A DNA stretch of 64,000 bases, taken from positions 25,296,001-25,360,000 of the forward strand of contig OZ336890.1 in the NCBI GenBank assembly GCA_965287045.1. The letters are read 5' to 3'. The first letter of the stretch is position 1; every line of letters starts with the position of its first letter. Under the pieces are notes generated by a model. It did no database searches and had not been told where the DNA came from. It saw nothing but the letters and a program-made list of their open reading frames with translations. Positions 11,463 through 25,164 of the stretch are shown here, in pieces. This stretch comes from Carcharhinus amblyrhynchos (taxonomy: Eukaryota). Made by a program: the position numbers and the translations under genes.

Positions 11463-12029
11463 ATAAATGGCATGACCAGGCATTTTCTGGTTAAAACCAT
11501 TAAACCACAAGCAGATAAAAAATGTACTCTTCAACTTTGACTATTTCACATGATTTTATGCTTATGAGCTGACATCAAAATAACTGCAATGACTGCTCCA
11601 TGAAATTGTTATTTGCACCAGAATTAATAGATTTCAATTAATGAGGTGAGCAAAGTTAAAATATCAACTCTAATGTTTGAAAGTGGGGAAGCACCAAAAC
11701 ACCCCTAAAATTACCCAGCTGAGGAAAGAAAAGTCACAAAAGTGAGCAGCATACAGATGAGCAATAATCTTCAATCCGTCGACTTTTGGCGACTAAACAT
11801 TATGAGTGACAATCCATCCAGTTTAAGGAAGAAAATCGACCTAGAATGCACACATGGCAGCAACAAGTGGGTCGAGGCAGTCACATATTGGTGAGTTGAA
11901 AAGACATTAATAACGTGAGCTTGTGCTTTGCAATTAAAACTTAATCAAAACTCGCTCAGTTAGTGACTTGGTTATCCATCTCTTACCACATGGGTAAGGG
12001 CATAAGCTTCCAACAGCTATCAAGAAAGA

Positions 12030-12538
12030 GAGGGTAATTCTCCCATCCCACTTTGCTGCTTTTGTAGATTGGGTATATGGGGAAGTGGGGGATTGGTGAG
12101 GAGGGGCAGGAGATCAGGGCTGCGGGAAGGGTGGGCTGTTAAGACATGTTTGGGGGCCCAGCGATCAGGCTGTGTGGCCGCGGGGGGGTGGTGGGGGGGG
12201 AGGAGGGGTCACACAGCCGGTGATGTGAGGGTCGTGGGGCTGGTCAGTGATTGAGCTGGCCAACAATCGGGAGCCTGGCAGACAGGGGCCACTGCGCATG
12301 CGCCAATCTTGGCAATGACAGATCAGTGCATACACAATGGCCAGCTCAACGCTATGCTTTTGGCCTCTCCAGCGGGGATAGGCCCCGGCTCCAGCTTTTT
12401 GAACTGATTCACGCTCGTGCATTCTGCAGTGCACAGAGTGTGGGGGATTCATTTTTAAACTTCTTCTGTAAAAAAAGCAGGATTTACTCCAGATTTTGGA
12501 AATTTGACACTTGGAATTTTTACGGGCGACTCACCCCC
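12030..12538. mobile_element. Non-autonomous TIR DNA element (probably PIF/Harbinger-type)
   Basis: 12250-12538 is visibly similar to 59800-60085 (gattgagctggcca, cctctccagcggg, tgcacagagtgtggg, gacactt). Degenerate aattctccc-type termini. Confidence 0.55.
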
Positions 12539-14015
12539 AGACATATGGCTGCAGTGAACAGCAGATGTGTAAAATGATCCTATAAAAGCACAAGTGATTT
12601 TACATCCATATATATATGTGTGCATGAATACATACATATATATACACATCCAAAACTACCTTCCTCTGTACAGATCTGCAATTCATCACCTACTATTGTG
12701 CAAGTCATTTTTTTATTCATGGAAAAGCCTGATCTTATATTGGGAATGAAAGAAAAAATTGGGGATTGTCAGCAATAAAGAGCAACAAGTTGAATACATA
12801 ACTGAAGCGATGGACTTGTGATGCAGATATGGAAATTACAGGGAAATAAGCTTCATGTATTACAGTAAACCACACTCTCCAGTAGCAATACACCGTTTTG
12901 TTTCTCTGCACGTTACAAAGGAAAATTGCAGCTTGCATCTATCATATATAAAAGAATGAGCTGCTGGGCAGAGAGTTTCATGCTTGAGTGAGCCAATCAC
13001 TCCGTGGGAACTGTGGCTCAGATGTGAGGACCATAACAAAGAAATTGCAATGTTTGTGCCAATTCTGGATGCAGCCCCTCTGCATGAGGGTTTATAACCT
13101 CAAAGTTCCCCTGCTCCTCCTCAAAAGCAAACTGTGGACCCTGCCTCGGTCACATCAGGTTAACTCTAACTTTAGTAGGACAGCATGGATCAAGTCTCTA
13201 TGGTCCCTAATTAACTCTTGACCTAGGGATACAAAGGTTGAGACAGTAGCACTCATTGTTTGGGCATTACACATTCCATTTGGTAGCAAAAATAGCATCC
13301 TTGGCATTCATGCACACCTTTAGAGTGACTTGTGCTGGGCACCATATTAATAAAGGCATCAATTAGAGTGCAACACTGATTTCTCACCAGCCATGCCATT
13401 TTAGAGAGCAACACTCCAGCTAACGTCATCTTTTAACATTGCATTGCTAAACATATATTCAGCAGTCAAAAAGAGCCTCTACCAGTACTGCATAAAAAGA
13501 CCATCAACTACCTGCAGTTTTGTTGCAGGTTGATTTCTTCTAATTGTTGCTTCAATTCTACAACTGCTTCCTGCTTTGCATCGCTGTTTAAAGTAGTCTA
13601 CGTTTACAGGGAGTGCTGTGGCAACGAGCAAGGAGGTTTTGCTGATTTCAAGGCTTCTGTACAAACCAATTGCCTTCATACATGGATGCACTAATAGCCA
13701 CTCCCCTTGGATACAGCATGGCCTGGAGAATGAACAGGGACCATGCAGAACAGGACGAGGTACTGGAAGGTGGAGGAGGAGAAGGGGGAGAGGAAAGAAA
13801 GAGCAACCAATGTATTCTCTTTGTGGCCAGGGTCTTTATGATACCAGTAACTGAAACTCAAATCTCCATTCATCGACACTCCCATGGCTTCCCTTCCCTA
13901 TGTCACTGACTATCACAGTGTCCTCTTGATTGTATTGCAGAAAGAAAAGCAAACATTCCAAATCAAATTTATAATTAACATCATTCCATATTGCACATAA
14001 AAAATCAGCTCATCA

Positions 14016-14143
14016 GGAGCGGGATTTTCCAGCCACGCTCGCCTCAAAACTGGAAAATCGTGCCCGAGGTCAATGGACCTTTGCACGGTCTGCCCCTCAT
14101 CTGCTACGATTCCTGTAGTGGGTGGGATGGGAAAACTCCTCCC
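14016..14143 (+). mobile_element. ~125-bp MITE
   Basis: Termini ggagcgggattttcc and gggaaaactcctccc. Internal similarity to 25813-25938 and to the reverse of 35115-35232. Confidence 0.7.
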
Positions 14144-14559
14144 CCTCATGTCTCTGTGCCTTTGCCTGTCCTCATTCCCCTACGCAGTGAAACTCCATTA
14201 GCTGGTGGAAGGCTCCTGACGTTCAGTGGAGGAGTCTGCAAATGGTCTTGAAGGACAACCTTGAGTGGCTGTGGGGATAGAAAGCCCATCTATGCCTCTA
14301 TCACCTTTGTATTTATTGGCAATCGACTGAGCCAGCTGGTTGACAGGCAACATTCTGGGAGTATGAGATAGAAGGATGTTTGTCACTGTGTGCCTTTGTT
14401 ATGTGTTTATTTGACACGGCTGTCATAGTTCAATAATGATGTGTGTACAAACCTTGAGATTTGGTCGCAGTATACATCAAGTACGAGACCTGACTGATCG
14501 ATGTTGTTCAGTGAGTGATGGTGATGGTCTGGTGAGCTGGCTGTTGTCTGAAGTTCATG

Positions 14560-14765
14560 GTACACTGTGATCACTGTGAAAGCACTGATCTTGTAGCATT
14601 GCATCCAAGTCTTCAGGGCTTGACTCCTGATATTTACCTTCAAGATTATCTGCTCCAATTGCCTTCTGAGCATGTGTCTGTTGGGCCTACCGGCTCCTTG
14701 TGAATCTCTTCTCCCTTGTGCCTCCTTTACCAAGGCCTCCAGTGCAGTCCAGAAAACTTAGAACT
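14560..14765 (-). pseudogene. Decayed Myb/SANT-like DNA-binding ORF of a Harbinger-type transposon
   Basis: LEALVKEAQGRRD...LRRQLEQI..KVN.RS...KTWMQC.K resembles the Myb_DNA-bind_5 pattern (LEALV...W..I...VN...RT..QC.KK). Judged by eye only. Confidence 0.5.
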
Positions 14766-16419
14766 TGTACCCTCCCACATTGTGTCATTGCTCTGTCTAT
14801 CCTAGGTCAGATTCAGCTCACAATGACCTCCCAGCACAAGTTCCAGTCAGGCTGGTTTTAAGTAGTCCAAAGTTAGCTTTAACTGATGTTACCCTCGCAC
14901 GATATTCATCCCCTGCTCCATTGAGTGGTCAGCACTTGCTGGACACTGTGGCACCAAGTTGGTGTGCTGTCTGCATTACAGGGTGGGGGTTGATTGTGCC
15001 CTGTTTGAGTGGGTTGGGGGAAACAACTATTGGATTGACCAACTCTTGCCTTCAGATAAAGGATATCTCTGAGTCCAGCCTCTATGATCCAGCCCTCGCC
15101 AACTAATTGTGCACCCAGCCTTCTCACTTATTCCTTCCAATGGTTAAAAATTCCTGCATTCTGTTAGTTTTGAAATATCTCTGTCTATTACATTTCAGGA
15201 AAAAAAAGCTAAATACATAATAATAATCTGTGACCAAGGAGATTTCTACCATGGTTGTCTTATCCAGGTACTCTCATTAAACAAACATTATCATGGTCAT
15301 ACGTGAGCATGTCCATGAATATTGATTGACGGTATAATCTGTTTTGTTATATCCTTAACATTTATACCTAATGACCGAATATTTTTATCTGTAAATTAAT
15401 TTTCAGCGCATGTATTTTATCCACATTTTATAGCCTCCAAAGCCGCTCCTGTGTTTTTTAAATTTAATTTCCCATTATACTGCATTAAGTTTAAGCTAAG
15501 GTAAGAGCGTTTAATATTTCAGCATTGAATAAATCATTTAGTTGAAAGTACAGCAGAAATATTTCTGCAGAAAACTGACTAACAGTCCACTTAGAATTCC
15601 TGGACGATTTTTCATTACTGAATACTTGTTTATTTAAAACTCCAAACACCTTCATCAGAATCACCGCAAATGATTTCCTGCAAATGATTAATTCTGATTA
15701 GAAAACAAATTAGAGGACTGAACAGAGCCACAGATCGTATCTGCAATTTGTAATATTCTGATAGTGAACTGAATTGTCCAATTTTCTGTTCAGGTTTTTG
15801 CCAGTGTTCAAATTTTTATTTAATGCTTATGGGATTCAATGACTATTTCTGATAAGTGAATACAATTCCGGCAGAAAAATGGTTGCACACTAAGCAGCAA
15901 TAGCTTCCAGTTCCACTTTTGTACTCAATTCTATTTGCTCTTTTTATCATTTCATTTGATGGAATGCGAGATTGCTCCAAAACTGCAAATAAAGATTTCT
16001 GTGGCTGTGTTCTGAAATTGTGTGGTTGCAACTAGATGTGTCCGGTTATTGATTTATGAGGGACAGGCTGTGGGTAAAAATTGTTATGTGTTGCAATTAC
16101 TAATCAGACATAAAACATGCCATTCAGTCGTGGATGCTCAATGTTCAATTTGCCAAAGCATTGGCCTCATTGCCAAGTTCAGTGGACCAGTTTTTTAGAC
16201 ATCCCAAGCCTAATGCCTGCTGCAGGACCCCCTCCGCAAATTGGTCATCTCACAAAGGAGGTAGGTTTAGACCATCCTCATTCGTGATATTTCAACGGCC
16301 TCTGCAGTTAGCAATCATAGAGAAGCTTTTGAATCTTTTCCCTCCTTCTTGTAGCCTATTTCAACACCCCACCCCACCCCCAACACACATTGCTACCAAG
16401 CCACTTCCCCCCCGTCCAT

Positions 16420-16846
16420 TTGTAACAGAGCCTATGATCCGAGGGCACAGCCTCAGAGTAAAGGGACAACCCTTTAGAACCAAGATGAGGAGGGATTTCT
16501 TCAGCCAAAGGGTGGTGAATCTGTGGAATTTATTGTCACAGAAGGCTGTGGAGGCCAAGTCATTGATACTTATGGCAGGGTTAGATAGGTTCTTGATTGG
16601 TAAGGGGATCAAAGTTACAGGGACAAGGCGGTAGAACGTGCTTGAGAAACATATCAGCCATGATTGAATGGTGCAGAATGGCCTAATTCTGCTCCTATAA
16701 CTTTTGTCTTATGGTCTTATTGTTGGAGGGATTAGTGGGTAGAGCCCACTAATCCCATGTAGGGATATGGGGTAGGGCCTGGGTGGAATTGTGGTCGGTG
16801 CAGACCTGATGGGCCGAATGGCCTCTTCCTGTACGTTAGGGATTCT
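16420..16846 (+). mobile_element. CR1 LINE 3' end followed by a V-SINE 3' fragment
   Basis: Encodes RGHSLRVKGQPFRTKMRRDFFSQRVVNLWN, then tcagccatgattgaatgg...ggcctaattctgctcctat. SINE tail from about 16725. Confidence 0.85.
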
Positions 16847-17414
16847 AAGTCATGTCTTCTGATCCCTGCGGTTTACCAGACAGGCAGGTGATTACTATTT
16901 GGTTTCTTCCATTGGGAGAGCTGCCTTCAAAGGAGCCAATATTACCAGTAGTTGACCCTGAATATATGGATGAGACCCAATCTTGATCCTTGGGCCTCTG
17001 TAGTGCCAAAGTCGAGCCCAAAAATGGGAGCATATTTTGGCAGCATCATTGTTGCAGGCCACCAGTGGGGGAAAAAATGTCCTGTGTAATTAATGATATT
17101 ACAGTCCATGTATTTTCAATTGTGAACAGAAAAAACATAGGCATCAGTTTTTGAAAATGCCTTTTGAGTGACCCAATTGGCTCATGAATACATGTTTTAA
17201 GCAACTATTTACATTGGTAATTCCCCTTACAAATTTTTACATAGGCAGTTTTATTTGGGGGAGAAATGATACAGGAGGTAAGATTAATGGATGGAAAATA
17301 ACAATTGCGGACAAGGTGTATGAAAATACACAAGACTTTTAATACGATGTATAGATTACCCTATCAAACAATCCAAGTTAGAGTCATCCTTCAGCAATGC
17401 AGAGGAAATGGGGC

Positions 17415-17742
17415 TTTGCAAACAGTAGGACTAGGGGGCACAGCCTCAAGATAAAGGGGAGGCGGTTTAGAACGGAGTTGAGGAGGAACTTCTTCACTCA
17501 AAGGGTGGTGAATCTCTGGAATTCTCTGCCCGTTGAAGTGGTGGAGGCTGCCTCGCTAAATATTTTTAAGAAGCAGGTTGATGGGTTTTTGATAAGAGAG
17601 GGGATTAAGGGTTATGGGGAGAGGGCGGGAAAGTGGAACTGAGCCACGACAGATCAGCCATGATCTTATTGAATGGCGGGGCAGGCTCGAAGGGCTAGAT
17701 GGCCTACTCCTGCTCCTATTTCTTATGTTCTTATGTTCTTAT
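17415..17742 (+). mobile_element. Young-looking CR1 LINE 3' end with (TTCTTATG)n tail
   Basis: TRGHSLKIKGRRFRTELRRNFFTQRVVNLWNSLP...FKKQVDGFL is uninterrupted, CpGs are retained, and the tail reads ttcttatgttcttatgttctta. Confidence 0.92.
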
Positions 17743-18639
17743 AAAGTGAATTGATCCAATTTGAAGGACTAGGAATTAGCAGATGAGATTTATTTTGCTA
17801 AAATGTATTTGACTTTGTTCTCTGCACTATCAATGTCTTCCCTCTCTCACCTTTTAGTGTTGTTTTTGAGGGCATTATTTCTCTCTGTTCAATTGCTGCT
17901 TTGTGTTTTAAATCTTAATGAACCCTCAGGGACAAGTTGAGATACTCATCGCAATATCTCTCCTTTTCTGACAGGATATAATAAAGGCTTTTATCATAAA
18001 TGGCTAATTACTACAAAACTCTCATTTTAATTGCTGCGAAAAGTCTCAGAGTTCTATTTTCTGCTGGAGAAAAGGTGGACTCAAAGTGCTTAGCTGACAC
18101 ATCAGAACATCGGAGAGAGTTGACAGATGCAGAGAAATTCTCGGGGCCTCTTACTAAATGATTGCTAATGTCAAAATGTAACTTGCAGACCATTTAAGCA
18201 AGATCTGTAACATTTTAAAAAATGTGCCCAGTCAACCACAGTAACTAGGAAGGAATATTTCCTGAGCAGGAGGTGACTAGGTCATTTTATTAAAGCACAA
18301 TCCTTTCAGATACATTCCAGGCCAAGTGTCCACAGATTTATCAGCACTGATTGGAAATTGGTGTCATCGTAGTTTGAGTGCTGGTTTTTAAAATGTAGCC
18401 TCAACAGAGAATCATAGAATCATGTAGCACAGAAGAGGCCCTTTGGCCCATTGAGTCTGCACCGACACATTAGAAATTATGACTAAGTCTGTTGAATCAC
18501 GGGCAGTAAGTTCTCATCTGTATTGCCTCGGTGTAAAACATCACCTGTGTGGAAGGCAGAGAAAAAGATCTGGTGGACAACAGCATCACATACCCTGTGC
18601 AGAGCACAGCCAGTTTTCCTTCCATAATGGAGAGGGTCT

Positions 18640-18978
18640 TGCAATCCAGAGACCCAGGCTAATGCTCTGAGGACATGGGTTCAAATCCCATCACAGCAGC
18701 TGGTGGAATTTCAATTCAGTTCATAAATCTGGAATTTAAAGCTTGTTTCAGTAACAGTGACCATGAAACTATCATTGATTGTCGTAAAAATCCATCTGGT
18801 TCATCAATGTCCTTCAGGGAAGGGAATCCACCATCCTTCTCTGACCTGACCGACATTTGACTCTAGACCCTCGGCAATGTGGTTGACTCTGAGATGACTT
18901 AGCAAGGTCAGTGTAAAAGCAAATAGGGATGTGAAACAAATGCTGGTTTTGCCTACATCCCATGAAAGAATATTAAAG
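18640..18978 (+). mobile_element. SacSINE-like tRNA-derived SINE
   Basis: gggttcaaatccc B-box, ccatctggttca...gtccttcagggaagg...gcaatgtggttgactct. Further copies at 30357-30750 (-) and 40780-40990 (+). Confidence 0.65.
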
Positions 18979-18989
18979 AAGAGATTCAT

Positions 18990-19220
18990 AGTAACAGGGG
19001 CAGGCTCTTCAGCCCATCAAGCCCATTACATCATTTAATTAAAATCATGGCTGATTGTCTACTTCAGTGTCACTTTTCTGCACTTTCTCAATATCTGTTG
19101 ACATCGTTAGTCTCCAGAAATCTATTACCATGCTCAGTAAATTCCAAAGATTCGCCACCCTCTGAGTGAAGAAATTCCTCCTCAGCTCAGTCAAAAATAG
19201 TCTACCCCTTATTCTGAGAT
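18990..19220 (-). mobile_element. CR1 LINE 3' fragment
   Basis: Encodes LRIRGRLFLTELRRNFFTQRVANLWN. Confidence 0.8.
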
Positions 19221-19377
19221 ACAATACAAACTGGTTCATTCAGGCTGTCCACACACATGGTAGCTGGAGTCTCCTGTCTGGGCATTTTCAACTTCTCCCA
19301 TAAACATGTAATCGCCTGGAAGAGGTAACGAGATTGAAAAACTCTGGCCCAATAAAATAACAATGTTCTGGAAAGCT

Positions 19378-20869
19378 CCTCTCCAATCCTGTCAGGGAAT
19401 GACACTTGTACAGGAGACCGCATGGGTCCATGTGTTGGCTGTAATGCCATTTAGCCCATGATTGTTGCCCCAGTCAAGCTTTCTCTTAAAGATGCACAAA
19501 GACTCAGCAGCCGCCACACAAAAAAAGCAGAGGTTGACAAGACCAAACGCCTAACCTTGGGTTCATGGCTGTACTTGTGAAAATCCAGGCCACTTGGCTT
19601 TCTCTGACCTTTGTCAGCTGAAGATTTCCCTGACGATTGTGGTATTAGTTTATGGTGTTATCCACACGATATTTCAATTCAGCTGCATTTGCAGTTGTAA
19701 CCAAACCTCAAATTTTGCAGTGAATGTGATTTTGTAGAATAGAATCACAGAATCCCTACAGTGCAGAAGGAGGCCACATCAACAATAATCCCACCCAGGC
19801 CCTACAATTCAATTTCTGTAACCCCACATATTTACCTTGCTAATCCCTCTGACACTAAAGGGAAATTTTAGCATGGCCAATCCACCTAACCCATACATCT
19901 TTGGACTGTGGGAAGAAACCGGAGCACCCGGAGGAAATCCACACAGACACGGGAGGAACATGCAAACTCCATACAGACAGTGACCCAAGGTTGGAATTGA
20001 ACCTGGGTCCCTGGTATTGTGAGGCAGCAGTGCTAACCACTGTGCTACCATGCCAATTTCAGTTCTTTAAGGATCACATGCTGATTATGAATCAAGAGTA
20101 CAGCAATTCAAAAGATGACAAGAGTGAGAGTGAAGGAATTCAATTAATCTTCTGAGGCTAGGGTTTAGCTGCTGATGGTCGGTAAAGAAAGTTAATATTG
20201 CAGTAAACCCATGTTGTATGTAACAGTCATTGCTTCAAAGTATCTCTGGCTGGAAAGAATATTCTAATCCCTGACACTTACCACTGATTTTAATGAAACC
20301 ATGGACACAGCATGCCATTAACATATTGGACAAATGTACACTGCCTTCATAGGAAATACTTTAAAAAATATTGATTCCTGCATACTAACAATCAAATTCC
20401 ATCCATATGGCCTTCTTACAAATGTGAAAGGGCCTGGGTGGGATTGTTGTTGATATGGCCTCCTTCTGCACTGTAGGAGTTCTGTGATTCTATTCTACGA
20501 TATCACATTCACTTAATTTGAATGAATCACATTCATTTAATGTTAGGTTACAACTGCAAATGTAGCTGAATTGAAATATCATGTGGATAACACCATAAAC
20601 TAATATCACAATCATCAGGAAAATCTTCAGCTGACAAGGGTCAGAGAAAACCAAGTGGCCTGGATTTTCACAAGTACAGCCATGAACCCAAGGTTAGGCG
20701 ATTGGTCTTGTCAACGTCTGCTTCTTTGTGTGGCGGCTGCTGAGTCTTTGTGCATCTTCAAGAAAGAGCTTGACTGGGGCAACAATCGTGGGCTAAATGG
20801 CATTACAGTCAACACATGGACCCATGCGGTCTCCTGTACAAGTGTCATTCCCTGACAGGATTGGAGAGG
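19378..20869. repeat. Long local inverted duplication (arms 19378-19802 and 20430-20869)
   Basis: Arm 1 begins cctctccaatcctgtcagggaatgacacttgtacaggagaccgcatggg; arm 2 ends with its exact reverse complement. Similarity continues for about 430 bp. Confidence 0.95.
19737..20052 (-). mobile_element. V-SINE/HE1-type SINE, near full length
   Basis: Reverse complement has the ggcatggtagcacagtggttagcactgctgcctcac head, the V core and a gattct tail. Confidence 0.9.
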
Positions 20870-21539
20870 GACTCATCAGTGAAAAAACTCAGAACTGGCA
20901 GTCAAACAACATGCAGCAGCTGAATCTAAATTAGCTTATTGCTGTTAATTGTGTATTGTCGAGCTGGATGCATGTTTGTTTATACTTTATATATTAAAAA
21001 ATATACTCTGCCACAGTCCCTTTTTTAATGAAAATTCCTACATTCATATTAAACATGTCACATTGTAATTGTCAGTTGATGCGGTACGGCATCACCACTG
21101 ATGAGAGGAAGTAATTATTTGTCTACATAGGCTAGTGTTAAAGGAAAATAGAAGCAGCAGTAGGAATATTAGATCCTTATTAGTCCCTAGCCTCTTTTAG
21201 TCATCAACGAGATCATCCTTATCTGTGACTGAACTTCACACGGACACCCTTGTTTCATATCCTGTAATGGCCCACATTTTCCCGTTTCCAGATCATTGGA
21301 GACCGGAAGTATCACTTATATGCGTGTCCTGATTCTACGGAAGGCCTGTTGCGTGGATTTACATGGGAATTCACTGTTCCTTGGGACCCTCCGTGAATGT
21401 CACTGACTCTATGAGTTAGAGTCAGAAGCTTGGGCAGCTCTGATGGACTTACCTGGATTGTTAGTCAGGAAATGTTGGACAATTTACAACTTAGTCTAAC
21501 CCCTGGCGAACTACAGAACTGACCTCCAAATTTCTTAGT

Positions 21540-21920
21540 GACCACTGCCTTGCTCTGACTATCCCTACCAACCGCCTACCTCCAGATCTGACTACCATCT
21601 CACCCACTTACCACCTCATCCATCTGATATCTCACTCACTGCCTCCCCACCCACCTGGAGCCCTACTGACCTACCACAGCATTTACTTGCCACACTACCC
21701 ACCTACATTTCATCTACAAGCCATTTCATCCATCTGCCAGCCTACTCACCAGCTACACTACTTAACTGCCACTCTACGCATCTGCCACCTCACTTGTCTG
21801 CCAGAGCACTCACATCCCACCCTATCCACCTACCACTTACCCACCTCATTCATTTACCCATCTATCTCACCCAGCTACCCACCCTACCACCTGTTCATTC
21901 ACCCATCCGTTCACTGACAT
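21540..21920. repeat. C-rich low-complexity tract (CCAC/CCTAC/CATC units), probably internal to a decayed TIR element
   Basis: Dense ccacc, ctacc and catcc motifs over about 380 bp. Confidence 0.6.
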
Positions 21921-23131
21921 TCAAACGGGACCTTCACCATATGGCAGCCCGTGCTGAATAAAGGGATTGGCCCTGCCTTTCTCTCCCCAACTCTACTCCA
22001 TTGCAAAGGAGTTCTCCAAGGGGTGCTGCACTCTGTGTCTCTGGGGAATCCAAGCTGGGGAGGAGAAACATGAAGCAGCATTGAGTTGGGGAAATATTTG
22101 AATGGAGTGGCAATCCGATGATGATTGCTACTCCTTGGAAGATCTGGGCCAGCTAGTTAGCAGAAATTAAGCAATCTCAGATTTAAAATGGAGAATTGGT
22201 CCAGCATCCATTGTGGTTTGCAGCATTGTGATCAGTAAAAATTGCAACAACAACATTACTTTAGGCACATAGAATCCCTACAGTGCAGAAGAAGGCCATT
22301 CAGCTCATTAGGCCCTATATCCATAACCCCAGGTATTTACCTTGCAAGTCTCCCTGACACTGCTCTAATTTTAGTCAAAAATCCCTTACACATGTGAATA
22401 TTTACTTAATACTTACTACCAGTCAGAAACCATGGAAGGAAAGCACTCTTAACAACAAATGCACATTCTGCTTTTCATCTAGCCACCGTACCAACAATTG
22501 CATTAAATATTAAAAGCCACATGAGATCACATGTCAAGTGATGGTGTCTATCGACCACTTGCATTTACTAATCAGAAATGTCACTGGCCACATCTGGCTT
22601 CCAACAAGCCCACTTCCATTCCAAATTTGCATAGGATTTTATAATAGGAATATGAATTAAGGGCAATATATTTGACATGGGGATTGAATTATATTTGTGC
22701 ACGTTTGTTCAATTACCTCTTTCTCGAACCCCACTTCACCTGAAGATAATGTTGGGAGTGTTACACAGCTACATAACCACACATGGCCATAAATATGTAT
22801 CTCCATAGTTAATATGCAGCCAGTGAGTTTGTCAAGTATTTCATCATCCAAATGGCCTTTAAATATTACCTCTTATCAAAAGTAAAAATCATTTTGATCT
22901 CCACAGGTGGCTGCATCACTTTAAATTTAATTATTATTCACTGCGGGCAGTCATTTAAGGGGTTATTTTCATGCAACTTTCTGTTTTTTTCCAACAACTT
23001 GCAGTGCCAGCACCAACATGGGCTGAAGGTTGGGGTCACATTATGTAAATACAACTGAACTCCACTTATGCAATTAAACAATTGAAAAATCTACCCCTTC
23101 ATGTTGAGCCTTACACCTGAGCTGTAGTCAG

Positions 23132-23432
23132 GGGCAGCATGGTAACACAGTGGTTAGCACTGCTGCCTCACAGCACCAGGGACCTGGGTTCAATTCCTGA
23201 CTTGGGTCACTGTCTGTGTGGAATTTGCACATTCTTCCCCCCCCCCCCCCCGTGTTTGCGTGGGTTTCCTCAGGGTGCTCCGGTTTCCTCCCACAGTCTG
23301 AAAGACATGCTGATTAGATGCATTGACCTCAACAGGCACCGGAGTGTGGCGACTAGGGGAATTTCACACTAACTTAATTGCAATGTTAATGTAAACCTTA
23401 CTTGTGACTAATAAATAAATTTTAACTTTAAC
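23132..23432 (+). mobile_element. V-SINE with alternative 3' tail
   Basis: Same head and core as the HE1-type copies, but the tail is ggagtgtggcgactagggga...cttgtgactaataaataaattttaactttaact. Confidence 0.85.
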
Positions 23433-23649
23433 TATTCCAGTCACATGCACTTCACTCATTTCCTTGGAACTGAACCTCTGTGAGGAGCAGTATCTTCAGC
23501 AGAGAAAAATCTCTTGTAGGAAATTGCCAAAAGATACAGAGGCTCAAAGACAATCAGTTAGATGGAGATGAAGAGTTTATTGTGTTGCTCTGAAGAAAAA
23601 TAACTTGAATTGTGATTACAAGCTGAGTAAATTTCAAGTGAAATGTTTG

Positions 23650-24240
23650 CAATTTATATAGAATGTTGGTGAGACCACATCTGGAGTATTGTGTCCATTT
23701 TGGTTTCCTTATTTGAGGAAGGATGTGGTGGCATTGGAGGCAGTTCATAGGAGGTTCACCAGATTGATTCCAGGGATGAAAGGGTTGATGTATGAGGAGG
23801 GATCAAACAGTTTTGTGTTTATACTCACTGGAGTTTAGAAAGATGAGAGGTGATCTGATCGAGGTATATAAAATTCTAAAAGAGATTGATAGAGTAAACT
23901 TAGACCAAATGTTGCCTGTTATGGGGCATTTGAGAACAAGAGGTCACTGGTATAGGTTGAGAAGCAGTAGACTTAAAACTGAGATGAGGAGGGACTACTT
24001 CTCGCAGAGGGTGGTGAATTTGTGGAACTCGCTGCCCCATTGCGCAGTAGAAACTGAATCATTAAATGGCTTCAAGAAGGAGATAGATATATTTCTGATT
24101 AAAAAATGAGTAAAGGGATATTGGGGAATGGCTAGGCAAGTGGATTTGAGGGCAGGGAGAAATCAGTCATGATCTAATCGATTGGCAGTGCAGGCTTGAA
24201 GGGCTGAATTTGCCTATTTCTGCTCCTAATTTCTACATTC
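23650..24240 (+). mobile_element. CR1 LINE ORF2 C-terminus and 3' UTR
   Basis: Encodes LYSLEFRKMRGDLIEVYKILK...TRGH...RRDYFSQRVVNLWNSLP. Confidence 0.9.
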
Positions 24241-25164
24241 TTTTGTAAAAGGCAATGTATGCATAATAGACTGATTTGCAGGGTTAAGAGGAAAAATCTA
24301 GGGTGTGTGTCTATGCTGAACAGTGGTTCCAAAAAGCCAGTACAGATATGACATACCGAGTGCCCTCTTCATGTGCGGTAATAGTCGACAATTTTAAGTA
24401 TTGCTTTCTTCCTTTTTCCCCAGATATCACAAGATCAACGCTAAATCTGGTTGTGTGAATGACCAGATGACTTGCTCCCTGGCCTTTTGTCAGTTTTACT
24501 CTGAACCAGTTGTTAGGAGGTGGGAAAGCCAGGATGTTCTCATTGACTTTTCCCTTCCCCTTTTGTGGGTGTCAACGGCCTCCGCTCAGCATTTCGCTGC
24601 AAGTCTGGCAAATATCAAACGTTCAGCAGTGTGGGAGACCATTGGTACAAAATTCATGTCTCGTTATTTCACGGGACCACAGCTCTGCTTCACCACCATA
24701 CTGTTTCACAGTCAGAGTTGTTAAATTATGGAACAGACTGCAGTCTTGTGCAGCGAAATGAGATTTCCTCGATGCTTTCAAAAGATTCCAGATTCAATAG
24801 ACACTGAGGAAAAATGAGTTTGGTGAAAATGATTTTTGTTCCTCCTCTCTGACTTACACTGTTTCTGATCAAAATGGAATTCAGGAAATTGATTATACTA
24901 TGACCAGTTGATCGATGTGTGGAAAAATGACTTGTTTTATGCAAACTGATATTTGCATTTGTTGCAGGATTTTAGCACCATCCCTTGATGCCACTCCTTT
25001 ATATGTAACTGTTCCCCATTGATCCCCATCAGTATCAATAATCCTTTGCCCTTTTAAACTCTTTGAATACTCTTCTTAGCCTTCCCACAGCCTTCTCTGC
25101 TATAGTGGGCACAGTCCTATTTTTCAAGCCTGTCATAATTCTATTTTTTCATGCTTTGTATTGT

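Noticed and set aside
19809-20051. Recurrent peptides such as MVAQWLALLPH...GHCLCG (also at 23139, 32263, 34600, 43745) as a small-protein family
   Set aside because: They are translations of the same SINE consensus.
21447-21470. Minus-strand CAG|GTAAGT as a recursive splice site
   Set aside because: There is no pyrimidine tract, CTAAC is too close to the AG, and the site lies in a probable decayed DNA element.
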